A stretch of 64,000 nt of DNA from Octopus vulgaris (GCA_951406725.2 OX597825.1:25668001-25732000); one strand, 5' to 3'. Positions 14,262 to 29,824 are shown, counted from the first letter of the stretch. A program made the numbers and translations. Notes: generated from the letters alone by a model not told the origin.

Positions 14262-15262
14262 GGATCTTTTCTATTTGAAGGCCAGATTTTCCTTGTTAAC
14301 TAAACAATTTGAAACTTCGTATACTGGTAGAATGTGTCAAAAGAAAACATTATTGTAAACAAAATTGAAAACAAAATTGTAATTCGTAACTTAAACGTAG
14401 TTTAATTTTTACGAATTTTAACCAATGAAATCCCAACATCTTCGAATATTAACCAATGAAATCCCGACATTGCTGCGTTATCGATATTGATAAAGAAATA
14501 TAGCAGACGCACGACACACACGACACACACACACACACACACACACACACATTTGCACAAGCACATAGTAATTAATATATAAGCGTACACACACATACAA
14601 ACGGACATATACATACGCACACATACGCACACAAGCAAAAATACACGTTGTGTTTTGCCACTTGCCGCAACAAATTTGCACAGAAGGGGGGTGGGGGTGG
14701 GGTCAATGTTTCATCGTTTCGGGGTCGATAAATTAAGTACCAATTACGTACTGGTGTCGAGGATTTTTTTCCCAATTTATATCACAGCTTCCGACAAGCT
14801 GGGGGCATCCTTTTATGAAAAAATATTTCGCAAATTTTTACAATACGACTCACACTCCACGCGCAAACTCGAGACCGATTTAGGCATATTATTGTTTTGT
14901 TTTTGTTGTTTCTGGCCCTTCAAAACCATGGGAGAAGCCTTTTCGGTAAAAAAAAAATAAAGAAAATATTCCAAAAATATCGTTAATATTTTTATTGGGC
15001 GACGAAATTAATCGATTTAAGAGATATAGCTGTTATTTCTAGCACATGTAGAAGACAGAAGAAGAGGTAAATATTTTGAGCTCGAATGCTGCAATTTCAT
15101 TGGTTAAAATTCTTAAAATTAAACTACGTTTAAGTTACGAATTACAATTTTGTTTTCAATTTTGTTTACAATTATGTTTTCTTTTGACACATTCTACCAG
15201 TATACGAAGTTTCAAATTGTTTAGTTAACAAGGAAAATCTGGCCTTCAAAAAGAAAAGATCC
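14262..15262. mobile_element. Non-autonomous TIR DNA transposon (about 170-bp TIRs, 8-bp TSD, GG..CC ends), inserted in a family D SINE
   Basis: 14262-14430 is the near-exact reverse complement of 15095-15262; TSD ACTGCAGC at 14254-14261 and 15263-15270; host SINE continues on both sides. Confidence 0.9.
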
Positions 15263-15482
15263 ACTGCAGCAACTAAAATGAAGTAGTTCTCTCAAGAATA
15301 CAACGCATCACCGTAAACATCGTAAGCACAACCTTACGATCAGAAATGTAACACCCCAACCACTAAGCCACGTGTCTCTGCACGTGCGTGTATGCTCATA
15401 CATAAAACATATTTGCATCTGTATATATGCAAGTGTGCTTGCGTAGATAGACAGACGATAGATACATAACATACAATCATAC

Positions 15483-15530
<48 letters not shown>

Positions 15531-16004
15531 ATTATTTTCAAACTTTAACTTTTTAATATAATAATAATATGAAATACACAATACTAACCTTTAATTTACT
15601 TTCATAGTCGACTAGAAAAAACTTCACTGTAATCTTGAAATTGGTACTTTCCCTAAATATAATCTAATTTTAAAATTTAATGCTATTCCCCCAGTTATAA
15701 AATACGATACCTACTAAAAATTAAGTGATAGTTTTGTTTCCCTTACCCTTTGTAAAAGAATTTAATGACCTCTCGACACTGACCTAGTTTTCTTCTCACC
15801 ACATAGATAAATTGGCTTTTTGTTCTAGTGACAACCTGAATTTCCTTTACGTATTCTGAATTCCTCCTCTTTTTACAACTAACTTGAATTCCTTACCTTC
15901 CCTAATCCCTATAACTACAGAAATTCCTTATGGCAGTCAGTTACAAGCAGAGTTTTGGTCAGTTAGCATCTGAACCACACAACCTCAAATGTGCTTGCGT
16001 ATCA

Positions 16005-16375
16005 TAATGGCCCAGTGGTTTGGGCAGCAGACTCGCGGTCGTAGGATCGCGGTTTCGATTCCCAGACCTGGCGTTGTGAATGTTTATCGACCGGAAACAC
16101 CTAAAGCTGCACGAGGCTCCGGCAGCGGGTGGTGGCGAACTCTGCTGTACTCTTTCACCACAACTTTCTCTCACTCTATCTTCCTGTTTCTGTTATACCT
16201 GTATTTCAAAGGGCGAGGCTTGTCACATGCTGTGTCACCCTGAATATACCCCAAGAACTACGTTAAAGGTACACGTGTCTGTGGAGTGCTCAGCCACTTG
16301 CCCGTTAATTTCACGAGCAGGCTGTTCCGTTGACCTCATCAACTGGAACCCTCGTCGTCGTAACCGACTGAATGC
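16005..16375 (+). mobile_element. SINE family A, near full length
   Basis: AATGGCCCAGTGG..GGTTTCGATTCCCAGA head through the GTCGTAACCGAC tail. Confidence 0.85.
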
Positions 16376-16513
16376 TAACGCACATATACATATATTTACA
16401 CGCACAAGCACATGCACACACACATACACATCTATAAAATTTAGCATACACTTTCATGTTAATTAGCTTATAGACAATTGTTAATGAGGCGCTTCTCTCT
16501 AATACCCTCATGC

Positions 16514-17012
16514 ATGCGTGGCTTAGTGGTTAGGATGTCGGCATCATGATCGTAAGATTGTGGTTTCGATTCCTGGACCGGGCGACGCGTTGTTGTATTC
16601 TTGAGCAAAACACTTCATTTCACGTTGCTCCAGTCCACTCAGCTGGCAAAAATGAGTAACGCTGCAATGGACTGGCGTCCCGTCCAGCTGGGGAACACAT
16701 ACGCCATTGAAACCAGGAAACCGGGCTCATGAGCCTGGCTAGGCTTTAAAAGGGCGCATTATTTGTGGAGGCGTATGGCCTAGTGGTTAGGGTGTCAGCA
16801 CCATGATCGTAAAAATGTGGTTTCGATTCCTGGAGCGGGCGACGCGTTGTGTTCTTGAGCAAAACACTTCATTTTACGTTGCTCCAGTCCACTCAGCTGG
16901 CAAAAATGAGCAACGCTGCTATGGACAGGCGTCCCATCCAGCTGGGAAACACATACAGCATGGAAACCGGGAAACCGGGCCCACGGACCTGGCTAGGCTT
17001 TAAAATGGCGCA
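16514..17012 (+). mobile_element. Two tandem family D SINEs
   Basis: Two about 250-bp head-to-tail copies (16514-16760, 16765-17012), each ending GGCTAGGCTTTAAAA.GGCGCAT. Confidence 0.88.
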
Positions 17013-17619
17013 TTTATTTTTTTATTAACATCAAGCAACCAGTTCGATGTTTGTTTTTATTTACTCCGTCTTACTGTCATACGTTGGTTCCGATATATTT
17101 AATACGATGTCATCCCATTACCATCACGATTTAGAAAAAAATAATGGTGTTTGAAAATCAATATCGACTAAAATTTCATTCAGAGACATTGTGGTCCTGA
17201 GATATAAAACCACGGCAAGCACAATAACAAGAAAGAATGCAAAATTGTCTTGATGAAAAAAAAAATCTGTACAGCACATAACCCCCACCACATACATCCA
17301 CAAACACGTGCACAGACACACATACACACGCACACACATATAAATGTGCACACACACACATACACACTCGTACACACACACATACACACACATACACGCT
17401 CACATATATTGTTCAGGAGTTGTGGTTTTCGTTTCAGGAACGTATTTTCGTGTAGGTGTTTGTGTTTTTATGAGTTTTGTCTTTCTGTTTTCACTCCCCA
17501 CTCTCTCTCTTTTTGTTTCTTTCGGTCAACATCATACGACACATATTTCTAAACACATACTTGCATACAAACATGAAAACCTACATTCATGAACACACAC
17601 ACACACACACACACATATG

Positions 17620-17670
<51 letters not shown>

Positions 17671-18310
17671 GTATGTGTATATATATATGTGTATGTATAT
17701 TTACTGAGAGCTAACTTATTGTCCTGAATAGGAAATTCCTTTCCTTCCCAATCACATGATACTGGGTTCAGCCCCACTGCATAGCACCTTGGGCAAGTGT
17801 CTTCAACTATAGCCTTGCGAGTGGATTTGATTTATGGAAACTGAAAGAAGCCCGTCGTATATATATATACATATGTTAGGGTTTCGAACGAACAGACGAA
17901 ACCAGAGTGGACCTATGGAAGTAAACAATCGACGAAGACGGATATTTAGGACCGTTAGGCCAAGACGAATTATAATGGGCAACGCCTGGGAGAAATTTTG
18001 AAAGGATACAGAATAAAGAGTGGAAGAGAAAAAATATCGATAGGCAAGAGAACTGGCGTCCGGCTTGTTGGCCGTCCGTTCCAGAAAACATAGAGATACA
18101 TAGATGTATATATATCATGTGTTATTTGTCTTGTACTCTATGTTTTTTGTTGTTTAAGAAAAATGTCCAGTTCCTTGGGTTTGTGTCTATGTTTTTGTTT
18201 CTCATTGTGTTCGACGTTTGTTTGGTGTCCTGTACTCATATATGCGTGTATATATACATGTAGAGGTAGGTAGTACATATATGTATATATATATGCATAT
18301 GTTTTATTTA

Positions 18311-18340
<30 letters not shown>

Positions 18341-18344
<4 letters not shown>

Positions 18345-18531
18345 TCACCATGATAGACCGCTAAATCCACAGGTTTTTAAAATTTTCTCTCTCTTTTTTG
18401 TCCTCTCTCTGTTTATTTCCTCTTGTTTCTTTCTGTTGAAGAGTGTAGACTGGAAACCTAAAAGACTTTCTCACCTTCCCGAGCATCAAACTAATACACC
18501 TTCTTTCGTCTTTTGTTTTTCTGTAAATTTC

Positions 18532-18534
<3 letters not shown>
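18341..18534 (+). mobile_element. Family F about 190-bp HHR-like element in (TA)n, diverged
   Basis: Reverse complement homolog of 60593-60793 and 61803-61981; motif CUUU-CUGUUGA-A-GAGU GUAG ACUG-GAAA-CC-UA-AAAG at 18429-18464. Confidence 0.7.
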
Positions 18535-18603
<69 letters not shown>

Positions 18604-19244
18604 GTAAAAGGATGCCTCTGCACAGATTACAGATGAAAATTCCCTAAAACAGAAAAATACCATTCAGCCAACGCATCGACATTTTTGCCAATAACAAAAA
18701 TCCAAGGTTCAGAATTTTCCCCCTCTACTAATTCAGTGGACGATACAACCTGTAGCCAATGAATTAATAAAGAGACTCTCTTTATTACAAAATACAGTCT
18801 CCATTTGAACTCACCTACAACAAACGACATATCCACCTCGGCCTTAGAATAACACAAACACACACACAAACACACATATTAAAAATGATACACTCAAGAG
18901 ATTCCCGAAAATTCATTAAAAAGCAGTCCCAATCACTGCTGTAATCCATAAAGATTTACTTTTAAGGTCAATTGACCATTTAACATCCTATTATTATCAT
19001 ACCACCTGCGTTCCTTTATTATTCTCCATTCTCTTTCTCCTTCTTCTTCTTCGTCTTCTTCCTCTCCGCTACCTCCTTCCTAACTTTATTACTATTGCTG
19101 TTTAGAATAACACCTACACAAATTGTATAAACCATACATTCAAAAGCGATGTCTCAAGAATTCAATTACTACCACCATCCACAACAAGTCACTTTCAGGG
19201 CACTTGACCATTTAACATTCTACTACTATCATGGCACACCAGCA

Positions 19245-19440
19245 TTCTCCTCCTCCTTCTCTTCCTTCTTCTTTTCCTTCTTCTTCTTCTTGTTCTTCTT
19301 CTTCTTCTATTTCTTCTTCTTCTTCTTCTTCTTGTTCTTCTTCTATTTCTTCTTTTTCTTCTTCTTCTTCTTCTTCTTCTTCTTCTTCTTCTTTTTCTTC
19401 TTCTTCTTCTTCTTCTTCTTCTTCTTCTTCTTCTTTTTCC
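19245..19440. repeat. (TTC)n microsatellite
   Basis: Direct inspection; source of the polyF/polyS/polyR/polyK ORFs. Confidence 0.95.
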
Positions 19441-21324
19441 CTGCCAAGAATTCACTGGACCACGAATCCACAAAAGTAAGCAAGAGGGATAGAGACAGGC
19501 AGAAGCAATGGAAATGCCCCTTGTATTTGAACACTATGCAAATATTCTTTTAAAAAACTTTTCTTTTAATTTTTCCAAAATTTAATTGGTTTCCGTACTT
19601 ACAGCTTAAAAAGTCTCAATGACTGAAACCGGTACTGAAATGTTTTTTATAAAATTATTTTAGCATTGTCTACCTTGACTTGCGAAGATTTCCTTCTTAA
19701 GGTAAAAAGGTGTAAAAAAATCATACCTCTACAGTGTCGCCATCTATCAGGATTCCAAGACATGGATATATTCTAGTTACTTTGATGTCATCAATAGGAA
19801 ATACCTAAGAGAGGGATTCTATACGTCTGTCTATCTGTCGCACTATCTATCGATTTGTAGTATATGTTGAAAACACTAAGATTACACGAGGGCAAATAAC
19901 GAATAGTAGGCTAATTAAACAATGCTAATGTAGTTAATATATGTTAAATAGTGAAGGGTATAGTGCCATAAAAGTTTGGTTTGTTAGAACTTAAATATAT
20001 ACTCTAAGAAGCCATACCATAAACCTAATGTAAAACTTACGTATAGGCACATTCTTAGTACTCCCTTTAATCTTTACATGTCTTAAGCCAAGATAAGTAA
20101 TATGATATACAATCTTACCCCCTGAATGGAAATATTCGATAAAGCACTTTCCCACTCTAATATCACTCTGACCAGCAATGACTTCAAAGTGAAGATAAAT
20201 TACTCTCCAGCCGTAAGAAGAACGAAGGTTGAAAATTCCTTGTCTTGATTGCTAAACATTTCCCGCATAGCCATATGTATAAGAAAATCTTTGATACACG
20301 TTCTGTAAAATTTCTTACAACTGCTACCCCATCATGCAAAGTATTGCCACAAGGGCATCACACCAGGCATCGACTCAGAAATGCATCCCTCATACTTTCC
20401 CACGCGAGATGGCATGGATGCATAGCTCAGTTACTAAGCTAACGTCATCTCGGTTCTGCCACATAACGAAACTGAAAAGAAAACAATTTATTGGACTAAG
20501 TGTCTTAAAATCAATACCAAAAATAGAAAAGAAAACAACAAAAAACTAAACAAAGAACAATATGTTAAACATTAATCTTCTTTCCAGCGTGTAGACAAGA
20601 CTAGAACCTCTATGCTAGTAAGTCATATTTAGGACATGAAGACCTAAAATAACTGATACAATCAAGTGAAGCATTGTAGAACAATGAAGAAGAAAGAGGA
20701 GGAGAAGAAGAAGAAGAAGAAGAAGAAAAGGAGGAGAAGAAGAAGAATGTGAGAGTGCCATGATAGTAGTAGGATGTCAAATGGTCAAGTGCTCTGAAAG
20801 TGACTTGTTGTGGATGGTGGAAGTGATTGAATTCGTGAGACATCTCTTTTGAAAGTATTGTTTATAAAATTTGCATAGGTGTAGAACAATCTACGTCATG
20901 AATTGATAGGTCAAGTAGGTGGATGCTTTCATTGCTGAAAGAACTGACATCCTTTTAAAATCTAAGCCCTTCACAACCCTACAAAAACTCGAAATCGGAT
21001 TTGTTTAGAAGTAGCTAGCATCTGTACGAATTTGAGTTTCCTATCAGTCTAACCCCAATCAACAATTGCTAATTCATATATCAACTTGCCAGTATTCCCC
21101 TTCTAACAGAACAAAGTGTTTGGGCTCATACCTCCCTTTCCATCATTTTCTCACCTTTCTTTTACTTTTCCCGTTCTCGATTATTTCTTAGGGAATTACG
21201 ATGCATATTTTGAGCCTGAATGATTACAAGACAGACTATGCAAGCAAGACCGATTATCCTACTATCCGAGTCATGAAACTTATAGCACCTCACATTTAAT
21301 CTTGAGTTTATTAAATAGCATGTA

Positions 21325-21379
<55 letters not shown>

Positions 21380-21430
21380 ATATATATATTGTTATATTTC
21401 GGAATGGTCATATTACTAGTTTATTTAAAC

Positions 21431-21504
<74 letters not shown>

Positions 21505-21884
21505 ATTTATATATATGCATGTATGTATGTGTAGGCACATACATATATACGTACAAGTACACATGCATATACACATGCATACACACACGCATGCATGCAC
21601 ACACATGCACACACCCACTCACAAACACACATACACGCACATACACACGTACAGATATTGAGACAGTCAACAGGTCTTATCCATTTTGAATGTTCTCTTT
21701 TTATTCTATTATTCTGTCTTTCTCCTTTCTCTCACATTCTCGCTTCTTTCACTGTAGATATCTCGCACTAAATACAAATATGTGCGATGTCTGTGTTTTG
21801 TGTGTATGTATTCACGTATCCACATCAACGCTTAGGAAGCAAGAGAGAAAAATACTAACTAGATACACGGAGCAACAGCCAGAA

Positions 21885-21919
<35 letters not shown>

Positions 21920-22322
21920 AAGGTGGAGAGAGAAAGAGAGAGAGAAATAAAGAGAAAGAGTAAGTGAGAGACAGAAAAGGAAAGAGAAAAGGAGAGAAGG
22001 AGAGTGCACATCAGGAAAGAAGGAGAGACGGCGAACGGAGGCAACGAAAACAAGAAATGACAAGAGAAAGACCTATAATTCTACAAGTAGAAATAGATTC
22101 CATAACCGATATGTGAATGGCACACTGCCAGAAACATCTTTCTTGTAAATTCCAAGGCTTTTATTTCATCCCATATATTTCCTGTTATTTCTCTCTATTT
22201 TCATTATATTTTTTTCTTCAATTTTGTTTTTCATTTTTTTTGTTACGTTTTTCTTTGCTAAATCGGCCATCTTTTCTCCATACATTTCGTAGAACAAATT
22301 ACAGCCGGCCATAAAAAGGATG

Positions 22323-22404
<82 letters not shown>

Positions 22405-22426
22405 TATGTGTATATATGTATATGCA

Positions 22427-22472
<46 letters not shown>

Positions 22473-22718
22473 AGTATATATATATGCAAATATATATATG
22501 AACGTGTATATATGTATTGTTTTATGTATTTATATCTATATAATGTGAGTATATGTATGTATATGTGTATGTATATATATATATATATATATACACTTAT
22601 ATACATATTTATATATATGTCTCACTATATATAAGTATATATGCTTAGTATATATACATATATCTACATATAGAAACATATATCCATGTCTACATCTATC
22701 TCTCTATATATCTGTATC

Positions 22719-22759
<41 letters not shown>

Positions 22760-22877
22760 GTATATACACAAATAGTATATATACGTATATACATATATCT
22801 ACATATATATACATATATCTATGTCTATATCTATCTATCTCTATAGATATATCTATATCTATCGGTTTATACCTATT

Positions 22878-22943
<66 letters not shown>

Positions 22944-22944
22944 C

Positions 22945-22976
<32 letters not shown>

Positions 22977-24290
22977 GCATATACACACATACATATATAA
23001 ACACATATATGCTTATGTATATATATATATATGTATATATCTAAAAACTAAAACATGTAAAAAAATATAAAGTATAGCCGAAACAGTTATAGGTTTCAGC
23101 AAAACTTGCAATAAATTGATGAGATTTGCTCTTAGATAGCCATTACTTTCAACAATTCTGTTATTTCCAATATGTATTGTCTTAGTTTAAATAAAACAAC
23201 AGGAATTTTATTATCTGAAGAAGCGGAAAGGCTGAATATGCGAAAAATGATTTATATCTTATAGGAAGTTCTAACCCACAACAAGTCTTTCAATCTAATT
23301 TTCTCGAGTGGACATTTTAGGTCGTCTCGGTTGCCCCAGAAGTAGGAAATAAATTAAAAAGTTTTCTAGTTGTGTCAGCTAACTATGAGAATACATAACT
23401 CTTAAAGATGTTGACATGCGCATTCTACAAAAAATCATTGTAAATCGTGGAATAAAGGAGAAAAATCTTCCCTAAAGTGCTCAATAAAGCATTTAACGCA
23501 AATTAAAGGTTTTGAGCTATAACAATTGTCTATTGAAGAAAATAGGGAAGAATTGAAACAACTAGTGTGTTCCGGCGCACGACAAAGGTGATAAGTAGCT
23601 CAAATTTCAGTTCCATTCTTGAAGATAAATTCTGAGATAAAGCTAACTATCATGTATATCCAGGAACATATTAAACTTTTATGAAAAATTTATGACCACT
23701 CTTTTTGTAACTGATATGGAATTTCGCCACCTCTAGACGGTCACTATCCACTGCCAGTAACCCTTTCTTCTGGATTTCAGCCTCCGGTTTTCTCCACGGA
23801 AGCCAAATAGTAAATGTTCAAAATGAATTTGCGAAAAAAAAAAAAACCCATCAATTTATCTAGTCATGAAAAGGGAACAAAAGTCATGGCAACAGAATGA
23901 ACTGCCTCTTCCACGTGGAAACACTATAAAACAATCCTCCTTCTTTTGAATATATATAACAGTGAGAGCAAGTATCAGCTACGTTTAATAGTAAGAAAAC
24001 ATTCTTTAGTTCTGGCTGTAATGAAACAAACATGGTGATTTTGTGAATTGTAGTAGCGCGGAGGGAAAAGAAAAGATGTACATACATGTAAACATACATA
24101 CAATAATAAATATACAGGTATATGTGTATATGTATACACCCACATATATATATATATATACACACATATTCATACGTACACACATTCACACACACACACA
24201 CATATAATCAAATAATTTGGAGTCAACAAGAAGGAGTACAACTAAATGTTTTCTTTATACCGTACTGCTATGTTGTTAATAGAATATAGC

Positions 24291-24349
<59 letters not shown>

Positions 24350-24393
24350 GCACACATACATAAATTGACACAAACATATACACGCACACACAA

Positions 24394-24518
<125 letters not shown>

Positions 24519-24938
24519 TCGGCTTTCTTTCAGTTTCCGTTTACCAAATCCACTGAAGGATTCAGGCGGCCCGATTATATAGTAGCTCTAAGGACCTCTC
24601 AATGGAGCTGGACCAAGAATCATGTGGTTGAAATGGCAACTTCTTTGAAAAACAGCCATATATATTATTGTGTACGTATATTGGCCAAATGGATAAAATG
24701 TCTGGTTTTACATGTATATTTACAATCATTCAGAGAATATCATTCACTAATTTATTACTCAGAATTTTTCGTTACGTGCGTCCACAGGAATGTAGAGACC
24801 AAACATAATTCTGTCTCTTTCGGTCCTCCTACACATATATATATGCACGAAACACTCACTGAGACTCACACACATATATGGTAAAGAAACTGGTTTGTTT
24901 TCGATCATTTTGCTCACAATCTGAAACCTATTCCCTCA

Positions 24939-25164
24939 CTCTTTTACTCTTTTATCTTTTACTTGTTTCAGTCATTTGACTGCGGCCATGCTGGAACACC
25001 GCCTTTAGTTGAGCAAATCACCCCAGAATTATTCTTTGGATACCTAGTCCTTATTCTATCGGTCCCTTTGCCAAACTGCTAAGTTACGGGGACGTAACAC
25101 ACCAGCATCGGTTGTCAAGCGATGTTGGGGAAACAAACACAGACACACACATACATATACATAC

Positions 25165-25219
<55 letters not shown>

Positions 25220-25739
25220 GAGGCGCAATGGCCAAGTGGTTAGGGCAGCGGACTCGCGGTCGCAGGATCGTGGTTTCGATTCCCAGACCGGGCGTTGTGT
25301 GTGTTTATTGACCGAAAACACCTAAAAGCTTCAGGGGGTGGTGATCCCTGCTGTACTCTTTCACCACTCTTTCTCCCACTCTTTCTTCTGTTGGCCTGCT
25401 CGCTTAGCCAGCGGGGTGGCGTCATTCGAAGGCTAAAACAATGCGAACGCATTGTGACCAGTGATGTGTAACAACATCTGATGGTCTGGTCGGTCACGTG
25501 ATCACGTGATATATATATATATATGTCACGTGATCACGTGATATATATATATATATATAAATATATGCATATATACGACGGGCTTCTTTCAGTTTCCGTC
25601 TTCCAAATCCACTCACAAGGCTTTGGTCGGCCCGAGGCTATAGTAGAAGACACTTGCCCAACGTGCCAGGTAGTGAGACTGAACCCGGAACCATATGGTT
25701 GGTAAGCAAGCTCCTTTCCACACAGCCACTTCTGCGCCT
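24939..25739 (-). mobile_element. SINE family B interrupted by a family A-headed SINE
   Basis: B tail 24939-25140 and B head 25575-25739 flank an insert in the internal microsatellite. Confidence 0.85.
25217..25510 (+). mobile_element. SINE with family A head and a third type of 3' tail
   Basis: GTGGAGGCGCAATGGCCAAGTGG..GGTTTCGATTCCC head; tail GGCCTGCTCGCTTAGCCAGCGG...GGTCACGTGATCACGTGA differs from the A and D tails. Confidence 0.8.
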
Positions 25740-26085
25740 ATGAAAATATATTAGAAATTCAGAAAAGAAAACAAAAGACGAGAAATGAGCCTCGCGTGGT
25801 TGAGTGGCTGCTGCAACAAGTGTTGAAGACTATTTTCCGCGGGGACGCGGTTGCGGCCATGAATGCGGGCTGAGACTGAGCAGGGCATTTGTTCTGGTGT
25901 GTGCGGCCCATTGCTCCCTTCCTTCTCTCCTTTTTTCTTTTCGTTTCTTGTAATTAAATTCTGATTCAATAATGTTTATATCGAAAATTGTTGAAACGAA
26001 AGTTAAAGATATTAAAACTGAGACCTTACTGTTAAAAATCCTTACTGTTAAAAATCCAGTGTTACATATTTGAGACAAATGAGTT

Positions 26086-26178
26086 CATTTGTAATACAAT
26101 TCTCCTGATGAATTCCCATTTGTAATACAATTCCCTTGATGAATTCCCATTTATAATACAATTCACTTGATGAATTCT
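26086..26178. repeat. 31-bp minisatellite, 3 copies
   Basis: CATTT(G/A)TAATACAATTC...TGATGAATTC at 26086, 26117 and 26148. Confidence 0.85.
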
Positions 26179-26750
26179 GAATTGCCATCCAACGATATAC
26201 GTAAACCACAGACTGTTCCATTATAATTGTTAGGCATGTTCTTTACATGTTTTTGTCTCTTTTCCGACAAATATAAAACAACCTAGAAATTAGTTGAAAC
26301 TTCTCTTCTTTCTAAAGTATATATGAACCTTGTAGCTACAGTATTAGGTCTGTGATGCATTGATCGGAGGTTGAAAACTGTGTCAAAGGCACCATACCGA
26401 AACGCTAATGAAATTCCATTTCTGTTTGATTCAATCTATCTCGCTAAAACATTATCACACAAACAAAAACAGAAATGTACAAACGCAAACATATACTTAT
26501 GTTTATAAACGCAAGTCTCCACTGATGTTGGTTAGCTCCAGGAAAGGAGGTTCGACATTAAACCAACATCTATAAAAAATTATTTATCTTAGCGAGGAAG
26601 TTTACAGACTCGTTGGTAATATCAAAATTGTACACAGATACGTTAAAAGAATGATATTTATTTCCCTCCTCCTCCTCCTCCCTTACTATCCATACATAGA
26701 TAGATTGATATGTGAATATCAATCAGTCAGTCAATATATCTATCTATCTG

Positions 26751-26836
<86 letters not shown>

Positions 26837-26837
26837 A

Positions 26838-26925
<88 letters not shown>

Positions 26926-26939
26926 GTCTGTCTGTCTAT

Positions 26940-27077
<138 letters not shown>

Positions 27078-27309
27078 CACATCATGTCATAGACACATAC
27101 ACACATATATATGTATATACGCAAATATACATATATACATATATATACGTATGTACATACATACATACGTATATACATACATGCGTACATACATATATAA
27201 AACATATATACGTACATACATATACTCACACACACACATATATATATATATAAATATATACATATATATGTCTGTATATATATATATAAATATATACATA
27301 TATATGTCT

Positions 27310-27342
<33 letters not shown>

Positions 27343-28236
27343 CATATGTAAATGTGTATATACATACATGTGAAATGTGTACGTATGTTGGCCTCTGAGA
27401 AGCACAAACATTAACGCAACAAAAGAAAGTAAAAACCACTTTATGACAGAATCAATATTTTTAGCAAGCTATAACGTATATAGAAGCAAACCCAATCGGA
27501 TGGAGTGTAACAAGGAAATCTGTAACTGGATTGAAAGCAATCTTTATTTACTGCTGTGAAATTATTTATAACCGTTCCTTTCATCATATTGAATAGGTAC
27601 ATCCATTAGATCTTGCAAAAAAGTAAAAAAAACAATAACTGAAAGTCTATATTATTTCATGTTATTTTTTAATTTGTAGTTTTTTTCCCCAAGGATCTTG
27701 GCAAAATACAACAGAAGCAAACAGAGTTAGAGGTATTATATGCACATCTTATAAAGCCTTCACAGCCCCAAGGAACACAGTTCCGTTGTAAAATATATTC
27801 CAACGTTGGTGGACACTATGTCTGTTGCGTATTGACATCAAAGAAAATAGTTGTAGATCACAAGATGTTAAAGTTTGGCGCTCATATACCAAGCGTCAAC
27901 TTTTCATATTTTATTAACAAAAGATTTATGTTTAATAAAAAATAAATAATAGGAAATAAAAAATAATAACATAACATTATTATAAAAATTTCATCATTTG
28001 TTACAATAACACCGGAGAGTACAATATTCTTTTTTTCGTATCATATTGTGTGTTTACCGTCTACGTACACAGAAAAAGAAAAGTTTCGGATTGTTTGTGG
28101 ATGCTATTATTCCTTATGTCTGGAACCATATATCATATATATGTATGTATTACCTAGGCCATTAATGTATTCTACATTTAGGAATGTGACTAAGTCATAT
28201 GAATAGCTGAAAGGAGGTGGGACAATTTTTGTAATT

Positions 28237-28301
<65 letters not shown>

Positions 28302-28325
28302 TTATCTATTTATCTATTTATCTAT

Positions 28326-28379
<54 letters not shown>

Positions 28380-28533
28380 GTCTATCTCTCTCGCCTCACT
28401 CTATCTCTCACATCCCTCTCTCTCTCTCGCCTCCCCGTCTCCCTCGCTTCCGTCTCTCTCTCGCCTCTCTCTCTCCCTCACTCCCTCTCTATCTGTGTAT
28501 CTACACACACATAATGCTTACTGACACATATAC

Positions 28534-28566
<33 letters not shown>

Positions 28567-28616
28567 TGTATGTATGTATGTATGTATGTATGTATGTATG
28601 CATGTATGTATGTATG

Positions 28617-28650
<34 letters not shown>

Positions 28651-29341
28651 TGTATGTATGCATGTATGCATATAAGTATGTATGCATGCATTCATCTATA
28701 CAGGCATGTGCGTTCGAACATGTAGGTTACATTTTGGAACCTAGATAGCAGAAATTGTACATAGTGCTGAGTTATATCAACGACAATGCCACAAAATATA
28801 GGAATTTTCAAGACCTTTATGAAATTAATTGTATGGAAGCCACAATTCTTTGTAAACTTAACATTTCCGGGCCAACAAAAGATGACCAGCACATTCATAA
28901 TCAATTTATCACAAATGTATTAAAATTTTATTTGTATCTACTTCTGGCACTAAAATTACGAGCAAGGGTTGGTACAGCTTCTGGCCTCCCAACTTTAAAG
29001 CACCCGTAGACATTCTCATACGCAGGTCCACATATATAGACATAAACCAGACATGTACTTCTCTCTGTGTTGATGTATGCATACACATACATACGCCTGC
29101 ATATATTGTTGACGTCGTATCTCTCTTTGTATATATTTGTCTGAATATATATATATATATAGTTGTATAGAGGTTGAATGTGGATTCGTCCTTTAATTTG
29201 GAGGTTTCCAAAAAATGATTTCTAATGTTGCTTCTTCATAATTTGCTGGGAGTTCACAGGCGTAAATATAAGAAGATATGAAAGCATATAATATATGGTG
29301 AATTTATGGAATGAAGTCTCATAAAACTCATCAATTTCGTT

Positions 29342-29599
29342 AAAAATGGAGGAGACAAGTTGTTAAAATATATAAGAAGCTTAATTCTTACAGACGATCG
29401 TACAGAGATATAATATATGTTCCTTCTCAAGTTCTTTGTATTATGGTTTTTACTTCCTGCACTAAAGAGTACGTTGTTATTTAATTAATTTCATTTAATT
29501 CAATTATGAATTTACATTAATATAATATCTTTGTACGAAACGATCATCTGTAAAAATTAAACATGTTATATATTTTAAGAACTTGTCTCCTCCATTTTC
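29342..29599. mobile_element. MITE-like fold-back element (about 80-bp imperfect inverted repeats)
   Basis: AAAATGGAGGAGACAAGTT.TTAAAATATATAA versus TTATATATTTTAAGAACTTGTCTCCTCCATTTT. Confidence 0.65.
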
Positions 29600-29781
29600 T
29601 TATTTGCTATATAATTTAATGGTAAAATCTCTTTACCTTCACCCATTTAGTACACTAGGTAATGTATTTCCAATGCAATAAAAAACACTTGTATAGTAAT
29701 AATTGGGTATGCTTCTAGCAGTATATTGGATAGATATTATCCCTTAGTGAGTTGGATTCACAACCCCTAACTTTTTGGCAT

Positions 29782-29824
<43 letters not shown>

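Noticed and set aside
17876-18100. Purine-rich coding-looking insert between TA tracts
   Set aside because: Stops in the frames read and no motif recognised; left unassigned
25785-25925. GC/CpG-rich patch as promoter
   Set aside because: Too short and no adjacent gene or core promoter evidence
26086-26178. 31-bp repeats resembling CRISPR and containing CTGATGA
   Set aside because: Contiguous repeats without spacers, no cas genes, eukaryotic context; no GAAA or stems for an HHR
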